64,000 nucleotides of DNA from Nemertoderma westbladi (Eukaryota > Animalia > Xenacoelomorpha), in the NCBI GenBank assembly GCA_032718475.1, contig JAUCBJ010007119.1, positions 1 through 64,000 on the forward strand, in the 5' to 3' direction. Below the pieces are notes generated by a model. The model did no database searches and was not told where the DNA came from. It saw only the letters and a program-made list of their open reading frames with translations. Made by a program: the position numbers and the translations under genes. Shown in pieces: positions 11,957 through 23,822 of this stretch. The number at the start of each line of letters is the position of its first letter. The first letter of the stretch is position 1.

Positions 11957-14184
11957 CTGGGTGTCAGACATGTTTAGCTATAAGGTTGAATGCCTACTGC
12001 TATAGTTACGGTTAAAGCAAGTCTAGTAATTCAGTATGACCGTTGGCCTAGTACCGTTAATTTATTGCAGTATATTAGAATACCGGTATACACTTATAGT
12101 ATATATAAGTATTGTAAACTAGTTTTGTCACAGAGTACCAGTATATAATTTTAGCACAAATATATGTATATATATAATAGGCCTATCGTGAATACCGGTA
12201 TACAGCTTACACTTATAGTATATATAAGTATAATTATGAACTAGAATTAATTACAGAATACCGGTATGATTTCAACCCAAATTTATAGAAATAAATATAA
12301 TAAGCCTATGGTAAATACCGGTATGACAATTATTTTAGAATAATTGAATTTCTGAATATTTTAGGGTTACTTGGTTACTTTAACTTACTTTATTACCGTT
12401 ATTTAAGCAGTAGTCCAACTTATATTGAGACCTAGTTGTTGTATGGCAGGCCTACTATTTATAAATCGTTTGAGTTGATTTATAATATTTATATACCCGT
12501 TTAAAATGGGTTTTTTGTCAATATTTGAAATAAATGTTATTATTTCTGGGGGTCACTACACAGAAGCTGTGCGCTCTCAGTGAAGTGCTATTTATTGGAC
12601 ACTAAAACAGATAATTCTAATTTACCTAAGTTACTTAATACTACAAATTACTTACGATATGGGTGAGATTAAATCTCTAATTAAACACAACAAAAATATT
12701 ACGTACGAATTTTTAGGGTAATTTTACAGGAAGTCTACAATCCAGTCTAACAAAGGGTTAGAATTCTGGTTATTACAACGGACAGGGTACTACGGTATTT
12801 GAAAATAATAAGTAGTAGTAAATATATTGCACTGTCCAGATAAGAAAATACCACCGCCTGACGACCTATAGCAGTATCGCTATAGGTACTACGTTATGTA
12901 TCACGGAGTGTTCCTACCTGGAAGTTAATTACCGCGGACTACCAGATCCAACGTGCCTATTAACCACTTTACAACACAAATATACTGCCTACACACTAAT
13001 TACTTTCGGAAAGCACTGTACACTAAACTCTAAATTAGGTACAAGTACTGGTACAACGAATAATCAGTAGTTAAATATACTTGAACAGTTAAAAGAACCA
13101 CGGCATCTGCTGGAGTGACCAGAGCACAAAGTCACCAGTCTTTTCCTACGCCAAGCAGCCTGTGTAGTACCGGGGTTAATTTAACTATAACGGTATGTGT
13201 AACAAACACAATTACTGTAGGAATAAACTTGGGGACATGAATGTTGCGAATAATCGCATAAACTCTGAATAATAAATATTACGCTACCCGTACAGAATAC
13301 TCAAACAAAATACAAACCAAACGCTGGCCGACTACCACCAAGCCTAAATAAACTACAGTATGTGCAGATTCCGAAACGGTTAGTTAGTATGCGTTCTAAC
13401 ACGGTAGTACGACTTATTCTTTAAGAGGGGATTGACCTTACAGCTATGGCTGCCCCAACTTACTAACTGGCACTTTATCAGACAAACTCTACACACGCAG
13501 CAATCTCTTCAGACCTAATAATAGCTAGACAACAATCCAGCCTACAAAATATCTGAGTAATAACTATTACGGTACCTGAACAGACCACACAAACAAACAC
13601 AGGCCAAAACGCTGGCAGAATACTGTCAAGCCTAAATAAACTACAGTATGTGCAGATTCCAAAATGGTTAGTTAGTATGCGTTCTAACACGGTAGTACGA
13701 CTTATTCTTTAAGAGGGGATTGACCTTACAGCTATGGCTGCCCCAACTTATTAACTGGCACTCTATCGGACAAACTCCACACACGCCGTAATCTCTCCAA
13801 ACCCAACAACAATCCGACAAACAGTTATCTGAACAATCTGAGCAGACTTACACGTCTTCAGCTCAATATTAACTTACTAGGAAATAAAACTGACAGAAAT
13901 AGACCTAAGTAAAATCCCAATAAAAACCAGGCGTCCCTGATTTAATATCGAGACCTACCGGTATACAATAATCAAATCGAATAATACTAATGTACTTATA
14001 CTGGAAGTACCGGTTATGACAGTTGGGCCTACAGACCTACAGAAGTACCGGTTCTGGCAGTTGGACCTACGGACCTACAGCAGTACCGGTTCTGGCAGTT
14101 GGGCCTACTGACCTACAGAAGTACCGGTTCAGGTTTACCGGTCGACCGGTACTTTCTACTTTATTGCTTACTGCAATAAAGTCA

Positions 14185-14195
14185 ATAACTGTTAT
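14185..14195 (-). promoter_or_regulatory. Non-tRNA primer-binding site of A1 (sense ATAACAGTTAT), complementary to the LTR 11-mer at 14935-14945
   Basis: Directly abuts the LTR CA end, has no TGG, and is identical in A2 (41373-41383) and A3 (56547-56557). Confidence 0.65.
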
Positions 14196-15374
14196 TGTAC
14201 GCGCTTTTGAAGACCTTTAGCAGTTTAACCTGCCAAAATTTATATGTCTTTTGGTTTATAAATAGACTTTAGAAGTTGACAAATATTTAATACCAATAAA
14301 CACAACATTAGCAGAAGCCAGCCTAGTGCGCGTCCATTCACCCGCTGGATATACCCGGGAGACTGGATTCTGAGGGCTTAGATTATTATTGCAGTGTAAG
14401 CTTACTGTATTATTCGATTGATCGTTAATAAATAATTTCTGACTAATATTATTCACTTTCGGGAAATATTAACAGTTCCTTTAGGACATGGCGCTCTATC
14501 TAGGTAAACAGAGATATGACTTATACTAATCACAACGGCAAGTCGGTAAGGCTTATGATTCATGTATGAGGCGCATTCTTTAGGAAATGCTTAGTTATCA
14601 GTCACAATCAGGCACACTACCGGTAACACACAATACTGCTCACTAATTTGCCGACCGTCAATGAATTTTATCATATATAAAGCGAACAGCAACGGACTCA
14701 TGTAGTGCTTATCAAATAGCATTAAATTCACTACAAACCACAACAATATAAGTCGCAATCGCTATATATAACCCGTCTCTCTAACCTGTAGTCTATCAAG
14801 AAAATTGGGAAATTTGGGTTCTTTATGGATGTTCTCCAAATAATATTCAACCAACTGATACAAAATATGACAACAGTAAATAGCAGTATAATAATGTATG
14901 TTGAACCGATAATGTAAGACTGAAGTGAGATAAGATAACAGTTATACGCTCTATAATTTAAGCCTACTAATGTTTCTTCTAAAGTATGAAAACGAGTTGA
15001 CTCTAGAGCCGGTGTTCCTGGCCTAGATAGAAACAACACAACAGTATCACGAAAAACAGTAAGACTGAACACTCCTAGTATGATCTGCCAAAATATCTCC
15101 ACATCGACAGAAAAAATCGCTCTGATTGGCTGTTAAGCTAAACAAAGAACCATGTGTCCAATGGCCGTTTCCATGTCAGCAACCAGCTGTTAGATGTCGT
15201 AATCTGAATCATCAAGGCTAAGCTGTGCAAGGGTATTTGGTGCATTGCGGGTTTTTTGCCTTACCATGTCCGCCAAAGCACGTATATAGAAGAATGACTT
15301 TCATGTCCGTTAAAACACCTATAACGGTACCTTGCGGGCGAGGGGGACTGAGTATATCCGCAAAAGCTTTTACA
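14196..15374 (-). repeat. 5' LTR of A1 (diverged subfamily)
   Basis: TG...CA ends; homologous to the LTRs at 23823, 41384, 43690 and 56558. Confidence 0.9.
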
Positions 15375-15639
15375 ACTTGAGTTTGAGAAAAGATATGAGA
15401 AAATTGCTTGCAGATTAGAAATCTCCATTAAATTCGGTACATGATAGGATAAAAACGTTTTTTGTCAATTTCCAAAATAAAGGATTTTTCCCTGTTAATT
15501 TTAATTTTAATATAGATAATCCTAAGGAACCTTACAGGTTAAATATAGATTACCGAGAAAAAAAACTACAGAAATACACAACAATACAGTGATTAACAAA
15601 CAATAATATGCACATTGAAACCGGTTTAAAAAAAGTATA

Positions 15640-17160
15640 TTTGTTGGGCATATAAAATACTTCATTGTGTCGTATCGTGTCAGTAATGAATTCCAATTGC
15701 CGACACACTGTCTATAATCTCTAATCTATCATCCAAAACTGTAAAACTCATCCCGAATATCCACATGAGCTGTAGTAGGTTAAATGACACTTAATTCTTG
15801 CGTGGCAGGTCTTGTGGTGTGGTGACATAATATATCCTGCATCTATGTAAACCAGGTATAGTATTACTGGCTGTATTGTTACTTCCACTTTTGTAAAATG
15901 TCACCTCGGTCACGCCTATCTGTATTCAAGTAATGGTCGCTTGTAGTCTACTTGTATAAGACGAGGAATTAATATTAAGGACCAACATATTGTTCTATAG
16001 ATGCACCCTCGTACTTTTGTCCATATAATGTGGAAGTTCCAACATCTAATACCTCATTAGCCTTCTTGGTAGCTGCTGCACAACGATATTATGATGGATT
16101 TTATGAGGCGTGCATATTGTGCGTGCACCCCAACATCATTTTCGAGGGTGAGACTCTGTTGTGTATTGGCAGAAATTGTAAACTGAAAGTCTTTGTTATG
16201 TTTACCAAAGTGCAAAATGTGACATTAAGAATAATGAAACAGCATCCTGCCAGTCTAGACTCCATTTAGGGAGATTGTTAATGTCGGTTTGAAATTTATT
16301 TCTGTCATTTTTTTTTTCAATTCAATTCAATGTTTATTTTACCCTTCAAATAATAATTCAAAATAACAACAATAACTCAGTATAAAATAGAAATTAACAT
16401 GAGTATATACTATATATGGTAAGTTCTATATAAATGGGTACTGGAGAAAAACCAAATAGCAGGGCTAGTAAACGGCTGCTCACCAGGAGGATGGGATTAT
16501 ATAAAATGTAAATATATGTAACATTTGATAGAATGGATGTAGTAAGTAGTGGTTTGAAGTAATATTATACTGTAGGGTGTAGCAGATGCAGAATAGAGAG
16601 GTGAAGAAGAAGATGGCATATAGACAGATAGATAATGTAGGTAAGGTAGAGTAGAAAGTAGATAGAAGAGAGAATAGGAAGGGTAGGGACTATGTATTAG
16701 GTGTGCTAATTTAGCGATAGATTTATGGTAATTAGTCGGGGCAGACTGCGATTTTTTAACATTTTTTGTTTATACTGTAGGTCTATATATATAATTGTAT
16801 TTAGTAATACATAAATTTAATTTAATTTGGCGAATGACAACGAGTTATTTTAATAGATGGAGATTTAAACAGCCCCGGGTAATATTCATTTAACCTCAAA
16901 GAGAGGAAAACGTGGTCCCGCGCCCGGGTAATGTTCGTGTACCCTCAAAAACTGTCGCAATCGTTCGCAATACCACTCAGTTTAGTGTCGTCCGCAAACT
17001 TAAATGAAGTATCCGCAATATTATCAAAAGCACTATCGATGTCATTGATATAAATATATATTAAAAAGAAGAGGCCTCAGAACCCTTGTGGAACACCGGA
17101 AAGAACTGGTGCCCCATTCCAGAAAGCACCTTTTAGTAAACCACACACTAAAGTCTGCCA
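15640..17160 (-). pseudogene. Degenerate CR1-like LINE ORF2 fragment (interrupted at ~16330-16850)
   Basis: Minus strand: SGVPQG...IYINDI...KFADDTKL (~16970-17110); ILHFGKHN and AATKKAN (~16050-16220). Many stops and frameshifts. Confidence 0.65.
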
Positions 17161-18029
17161 GATAACCACTATCGGCTGGAGCTTAATTTGAGTAGGTTGT
17201 ACACGTTCTGGAACACAGTACCCTTTTGGTTTATGATCATTTGGTTATTTGCGTCAATTTTTTTTCCAGGAGGGTGAAAATTGCATTTGATTGCATTAAG
17301 AGCCCCTCCCCCGAATCTATGACAACAGCATATACAATCTATACCCAAATCTTAATGTATAATGAATTTGAAATAAATGACTATAACTTAGAATGATGCT
17401 GCTTTATCTCTCGTCGGTTTTTAGTTTCAGTATATTCAATTGACTCGCTTTGCTCATTAGTGTAAATAATCGCACTCAGGAGGCTAAAATCGCTATACAC
17501 AATATAATAAACAGGTAGTAATTTATAGGAACATTATAGTTTCACTACTATACTACTATACTAGGTCATTATTACTCCAGTCATATAGATAATAATCAGT
17601 AATTTAGAACTCTAAACTGTCTTTCATGCAAACAAAATTCTAACTAAAGACGGGTGAATGACCATGATCATGGAAATAATTTTAAATATAATTCTATATC
17701 AACTATTTGGGGAGGCTTCCAAGTTAAACCCGAAAACAATTATTTCGTTCCATACATTATATAACGTTGTATGCTCTTCCTCTCATCACACTAATTTATT
17801 ATAAATGAAATATCTCTGATGCCTGTAACATTTCACAACCAAATGTTTCTGTACGCCATTTCATACGCCCGCCCAAACAGCCGCAAACGCATAGCCAACA
17901 AATTTAACAAAAGGTTACATACATGTTGGGTTCATGCGAGTGAAAATTGATCGTTTAATATAAACTAAATTAAAAGTCCGGCTTCCCTCCACTTCCTTGC
18001 CCAATGGAATTGTTGTTGTTATAATCTAA

Positions 18030-18365
18030 TGGGGTGGCTTTCTCTCGGTCGAGCGAACTCGGACAGTAGAAATGAGATCCTTCCAGACTCTCCATAGTTG
18101 TCGCAATTTCGTTTCTCCTAAGTTCAGTATCCCTTTCAAGTTGATCTATATATGTTATGGCAGGTCGTCCACGACTACGATTTCCATGAGTTGGTTGCCA
18201 GAGAAGTAGATCTGGTATGACCTCGTCTTTACTTCGCAGCAGTGCCCACTGAATCTTAATCTGCGTTCACGGAGGGTGGTTGATACAGGTGGTATTGTAC
18301 CATAAAGCTCGGCGTTTGTCATGTGTTGTCTCCAGCTGATGTTTAGGGCTGCCCTTAGTAACTTG
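18030..18365 (-). pseudogene. RTE-like LINE 3' fragment
   Basis: LLRAALNISWRQHMTNAELY...RERRLRFSGHC is a typical RTE C-terminal motif. Confidence 0.7.
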
Positions 18366-18867
18366 TGTAGCAATTCGTTGTTCAAGATACTTTCACAGAA
18401 GAAGCAATATTTGAAAATTCGTATTTACAAATACATGTCATGTCAGATCAATCGCCTTGTTTCAATAGTACAATCATTTATTTATACTATAAACTATTAT
18501 TTCCACAAGGAATAATATAATATTAGAGCAAATTGGAAAAATTCCATTTATAATTAATAATAATATTCGTATTAATATATTCGTAATTCGTAATATAAAT
18601 AATATTCGATTAAATCGAAACGTACTAATCTTATTATAAATGATTTATTTCCAATTTGCGCTAATATTATTATACTTTATATAAAAATAATATCTTATAG
18701 TATAAATGTATAGATAAGTAATACTCCCCCCGTGTGCACGATATATGTTATGTTTCAGTCTAATTACGTCATCAGATTATACTATCATTGAATATATATT
18801 TGGCTTGAGATTTGAGAAATTAGCGCTTAAATTAATAATTTAGACACAATACTCTAGACTTTGAGTT

Positions 18868-20047
18868 TCAATGGTGCAGTCCATTAAAGTTAAGACCGGG
18901 GTTAGATAAACAACTCCCTAAATTCGGACTGGTCATATCCATGCTTCCGAAATGCTGATTGGTCAGATCGCTGCCCCCTATATGCTGATTGGTCAAATCG
19001 CTGCTCCTTAAATATATTCCTGGAGGAGGGAAGGGGGGAGGTAGGGGCGGAAATCCGCTGGAGCGGTCCAATAAGCCGGGCCATGGACCACCCCTCTCGA
19101 GCCACGTACCACCCCTCTCGGGCCACGTACCACCCCTCTCGGGCCACGTACCACCCCTCTCGGGCCACGTACCACCCCTCTCGGGCCACGTTCCACCCCT
19201 CTCGGGCCACGGACCACCCCTCTCGGGCCACGGACCACCCCTCTCGGGCCACAGTCTACCTGTCGGAATAGTGCAGCTGAGTTGGAAGACCAAGCGATGC
19301 AGTTCCGTGACTGTCCGGTTGAGGGCCACGATATAGTTCTTGGCAACGGCTAGCGTTCCAATCTTACTTAGCTTACGGACCGCGGGATTGTTTGCGTACG
19401 GCATCACGTCACGCAATCCGTCCAACGCAGCGTTCAGACCATGCATTCGTTTCCCTGTAAAAGTGTGTTAATAGGTAATATTAGCTTGTAGACTAACCAA
19501 AGGTTCATACTGTACAATAAACTATTATTATTATTTTTATTAATGTAGGTATACCAGTTATCAATTAATGGTATAGTGCCATTAATTGTTCAAAAGTATG
19601 ATCTAATAATTTCGTTGGCATGTTGCCATGATAAATCCATTGACTGGGAAATTCATTTATCTTATCTTAAAATGCATCCCACCAAGGTAATTTATTTTGT
19701 AGAAGTTTTTTAATTATACCTTAAAAATTAATAACAATTAATTGGTAACAATTAAGAGTAGACATCCACTTACGTTCACGACTATTGATTTTAAGGCGAT
19801 GTTCTAGAGATATCCTCGCGGTTTTCCGTTGTAGACTACTGGCTGTTGACTGACTCAAAGATTGTCTGTTTCCTGGGTCCATTGGAGTCCTTAGACTAAG
19901 ATATGCTTTTGTTTCTGAATTCTCCATTGCGGACACTGCAAATAACTGTGACTGTGTTATTGTTGTAATTTCTCCAGTGGAACTTGGTGAACAACTTGAT
20001 GATCTAGAAAACCCCTGTTCTGCCATTGATGACTTATGGACTTCCAT
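18868..20047 (-). CDS. Olig/bHLHe22-family bHLH transcription factor; exons 20047-19774 and 19454-18868; 286 aa
   Basis: A GTAAGT...TTACAG intron (19773-19455) joins RLKINSRER to [41 protein letters not shown] in frame (274+587=861 nt). This closely resembles the Olig bHLH ([38 protein letters not shown]). Confidence 0.88.
19084..19251 (-). repeat. Coding 21-bp minisatellite, 8 units encoding WPERGG[P/T]
   Basis: CCACCCCTCTCGGGCCACGTA-type unit repeated in exon 2. Confidence 0.95.
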
Positions 20048-22089
20048 ACTTTTTAGTTAATGTTCTAAACAGCGCTCGATTAAAAAAATTTGTAAATGTT
20101 ATATTAACTGATCTGAAGTCAGCTTTCTCCATGTTCATCGCTAATATAAAACCTGAGTAAATGTGTTACTCGGGTTAGAGTTCTGATTGGACGAGCACAA
20201 AACGGAATGCCCCTCTGCATTCAACTTCGTTAGGAGTTAGGCAGGATCTGCCCAATAAGCCCTCGGCATGGTCTTAGCGATAGTGCAAACGTTTATTTTA
20301 ACGTAAGGTAAGTTACACTGATAACTCAAAGAGTGAAACATAATGATTTAGAGAAATTAACACAATTACATACAATGTCCATCACAATGTCACTAAATAA
20401 ATGGTAGTAAAATTATTTAAACTTAAACTTGTTTACACGGACTATGGTGCCGGATGGTGGACCATCTGTTAGCAGTTTAGTTTGTTTTGTTAGAATTGTA
20501 ATATAATTCCTCCTGAAAACCTGTTAACATATTGACATTCACCGGCTTGTTTGAGCTGCTTAAACTGTTGTTGGGTTTCCTCCACTAACCACAAAATGGC
20601 TCAAAATCCGACGACTGAAGCTTTTGTCCTTAATGTATCAGCAATAATGTTAGCCTTTGTTTTACTGCCATGCCTGAAATCTTCGGCCGAATTTTATAAA
20701 AATTTGTATGAGGAAGGGGAATGTATCTTCACTGCACTATTTGGGGGTTGAAAAATTCCAAAACACCACACTCCCATATATCGAAAATCCCAGTAACATC
20801 CACCCCCAAACAGTTGAAATAGCTTTGATATGCAATAATATCATAACAGAACACAAGCTAAGAAACACCAAGCATTTCGTAGCTTTTATTTTATCTTATT
20901 TAAATTTGATCATAAAATGCTTTTTAACACTAACAATATTTATTCGGCAAAAATAATGTTGTTAGTTCGTCTTTAATCATTGCCTTTTCACAATAATCAG
21001 TAACAACCAACATAGTTGTACTCAGTGTATTCTTCCAATTTAAAATAAACAGTAAGTGTAATACCATTTCCTCCCAAGATCCCATTCTTTCATAAAGTAA
21101 ATGCATCCACCAATATGGCAAGTGGGTTTGTTATGAATAGAGCCGCCTGTTACTGTGATTGCATTAAGTAAATATTTGCCCCGTACCAACTACCGAGCTA
21201 ATGGCTCACCACCTGCTAAAAAACCGACCCATTTGAAAGAGAATAGGGGTTGGGACCATTATAAGATTGAACTGTCATGAGTGTGAGTCTCCCGGGATTG
21301 TTGGCCATAGAGGTAGTTTTGACGACTAAATCAGTGTTAAACATTTCTTTCTTTTCGTCTGTTCTTCCTTGTTCCTTCCGAGAGGAACGTTTTTGGAATG
21401 TTATCCATTTATTTTCATTTATTCAACATTTATTCATATATTTTTTTTACACCCTATAATAATAATATCAGCTGCCGGACTATATCATGTTCGGCCGCAG
21501 CCCCTCCTTAACATGTGGGGCACCGTGTGAATTGTGGGTCTCCCTAAAACCCGGTCCGGTACCGGTACCTACTGTAATAAATGTGTCAATAGCTATAAAC
21601 TAACACGTTCGTGGGGCCATCGCGCAGGACGAGGTTCAGTTATTAGATACAGATTAAAATTGGGCAATTTTATCCCAAAATCGGTACTTAAGAAATTGAA
21701 ATAAATAAATAAGAAATTTAACCAAACCGCCTATAAGAATAAATCAAAGAAGAAAGGAAAGTTCCCCTTACCTTATATTGTATTGATACTGAAATATTAA
21801 TTTATCATGTTAATGCCTCAACGTAATCATTTAGCTAATATCTAAAGAATCACCATTAAATTCAGCTGTGACGGAATCCACTGGAGTTGACAGTGGTGGA
21901 TTCCGACCGGTGTATGGACTGTACGCGTCGTCGCGTCCGTGGGCTGCTGGGCTGACACTGGATATATTAGGCCGAAGGCCGTTGAAAATGACAGAGTTAA
22001 ATTGTCAGTATTAATAATCACAGTAATTGATAATAGCACAGTCTGAATATAATAGCATGCAATACAACGGTCAGTAACGACGACGGTCA

Positions 22090-22367
22090 TTGCTTTGCAG
22101 GACATTGCTTTCGCCGTGAGGACCAGCCAGTGCATAATCTTGTACTTTGGCAGCCTCATGGAGTGAATAAGCATGGTGGACAGCCCATGACTTTCTTGAG
22201 ACGTATCTTAAAGGACACTGGCCTTAAAGATGCGGATGATCTAGCAAATGTCATGGGTGATAGGGAGTTGTGGCGGTGCAATTTTGTTGACAAGCCGGCA
22301 CAGCATTCTTAAAAATGCAGCTGCAATGCAGCATGCCGATCCTAGTAGTAGTAGTAGTAGTAGTAGT
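22090..22367 (+). mobile_element. 5'-truncated RTE-like LINE with (TAG)n tail
   Basis: FAGHCFRR...WQP...DRELWR; TSD AGTAACGACGACGGTCA at 22073-22089 and 22368-22384. Confidence 0.82.
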
Positions 22368-22713
22368 AGTAACGACGACGGTCAAAACTATTCCGGTCTC
22401 ACAACTGTAAGGAAATCAACTAAACTAATAATCAGTAATCATAACGGTTATATCATTGACACATATTACATTAGCCCTACACTACTGGACGGCCAATAGA
22501 TGCGCTCTTGTCCTCTCCAATGTACGTTCCCGCCGACTATTGGCTTAACCTGATTAATTCTCACCTCGCCATTCCCTGTTGGCGTTATCCCTTGGTGCTA
22601 GCCTTACTAGCTTGTTTGTCCCTCTGAGGTGGTTTGACCTCTCACCTCTCTCTGTGGCTTATGGCGTGTGTCGCCCCAGTTTGTTATGAGGTGAGATTAT
22701 TATTGGTAATCTC

Positions 22714-22931
22714 TACTGCTACTACTACTAGGATCGGCATGCTGCATTGCAGCTGCATTTTTAAGAATGCTGTGCCGGCTTGTCAACAAAATCGCACCGC
22801 CACAACTCCCTATCACCCATGACATTTGCTAGATCATCCGCATCTTTAAGGCCAGTGTCCTTTAAGATGCGTCTCAAGAAAGTCATGGGCTGTCCACCAT
22901 GCTTATTCACTCCATGAGGCTGCCAAAGTAC
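22714..22931 (-). mobile_element. Second 5'-truncated copy of the same RTE-like LINE, inverted
   Basis: Near-identical reverse complement of 22141-22355; TSD ATTGGTAATCTC at 22702-22713 and 22932-22943. Confidence 0.82.
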
Positions 22932-23149
22932 ATTGGTAATCTCACATCGCCAACTATTTTGGTAAAATGCCACTAATCCCAGTTTCGGTGGGTAATGCAC
23001 GGAATTAAGCCGCTTACATCAGCCAATCAGTGTGCTAGATAGAGCAAGCTCAGTGGAAGGATGATTGGAATGTCTCCCATCTAGGCAATATCAAGAATAC
23101 CAAGGATTGATGAGACTGGAAGTATAGAGTGATGGAATGCATTTTAACT

Positions 23150-23731
23150 TAATTACGTTTAGATCAATTAAAAACACATTTCTTAAAGCAGATCTCTTGA
23201 ACTAATTAAAAACTATAATGGAATAGTGTATGAGGATTACAGCTGTATAACTTTTAAGTATAATTATTTAAATCTTATACTAGAAAATAGTTAATATTCT
23301 TTAAGGAGGCAGGTTGAAATTGATGTTTTTACCCTAATCAACTTAATTAACTAATTAACTGCTATTATCTTAGCTTCTCGAAGGCCACGCGAAAATTTAA
23401 CTTGGAAAATTTCTAAACTTTTGCCAGACTACATGTGTACCAAGTTTGGTTAAATTTCATTAATATTTGGCTGAGTTATTAACCAACTTAATTAACTAAT
23501 TAACTGCTATTATCTTAGCTTCTCGAAGTCCACGCAAAAATTCAACTTGGAAAATTTCTAAACTTTTGCCAGACTACATGTGTACCAGGTTTGGTTAAAT
23601 TTCATTAACATTTGGCTGAGTTATTAACGTTTAAAATTGGACACAACAGATCAACAGAACAACAGATCAACAGAACAACAGATCAGCAGAGCAATACGTT
23701 CGTGGGGCCTTCGCGCAGCACGAGGCCCAGT
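23150..23731 (+). mobile_element. Helitron/DINE-like non-autonomous repeat (related copies ~57835-58270 and ~61330-61825)
   Basis: Shared body TTACGTTTAGATC...AATTTCTAAACTTTTGCC, an internal ~145-bp duplication, short AC-rich repeats, and a 3' hairpin GGGCCT...AGGCCC-AGT. Confidence 0.55.
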
Positions 23732-23822
23732 TATGAGATACAAATTAAAACTGAGCGACTGTATCACAAAATCAGTATTTGAGAAATTTACCCACACCAC
23801 CAATCAATTAAAGAAAGGGGTA

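Larger units (their letters stand above)
1..15374 (-). mobile_element. BEL/Pao LTR retrotransposon family A, copy A1 (3' part beyond the left window edge; interrupted by two nested insertions)
   Basis: Colinear with A2/A3: 5' LTR 14196-15374, ~2.2 kb leader, gag ATG at 11971, gag, protease and RT segments. BEL/Pao domain order and motifs. Confidence 0.93.

Noticed and set aside
9145-11957. Insertion Y as a GTAAG...CAG intron
   Set aside because: Splicing at these sites removes one host base and frameshifts gag.
13182-13194. TAACTATAACGGT, half of the I-CeuI/LSU rRNA site, present in all three leaders
   Set aside because: Only 13 bp match, no rRNA context, and the three occurrences are copies of one sequence.
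18745-18778. Minus-strand CTGATGA...GAAAC as a third hammerhead
   Set aside because: No credible stem II, stem I or cleavage triplet.
19084-19251. CRISPR-like array
   Set aside because: Contiguous 21-bp units with no unique spacers, inside a eukaryotic exon.
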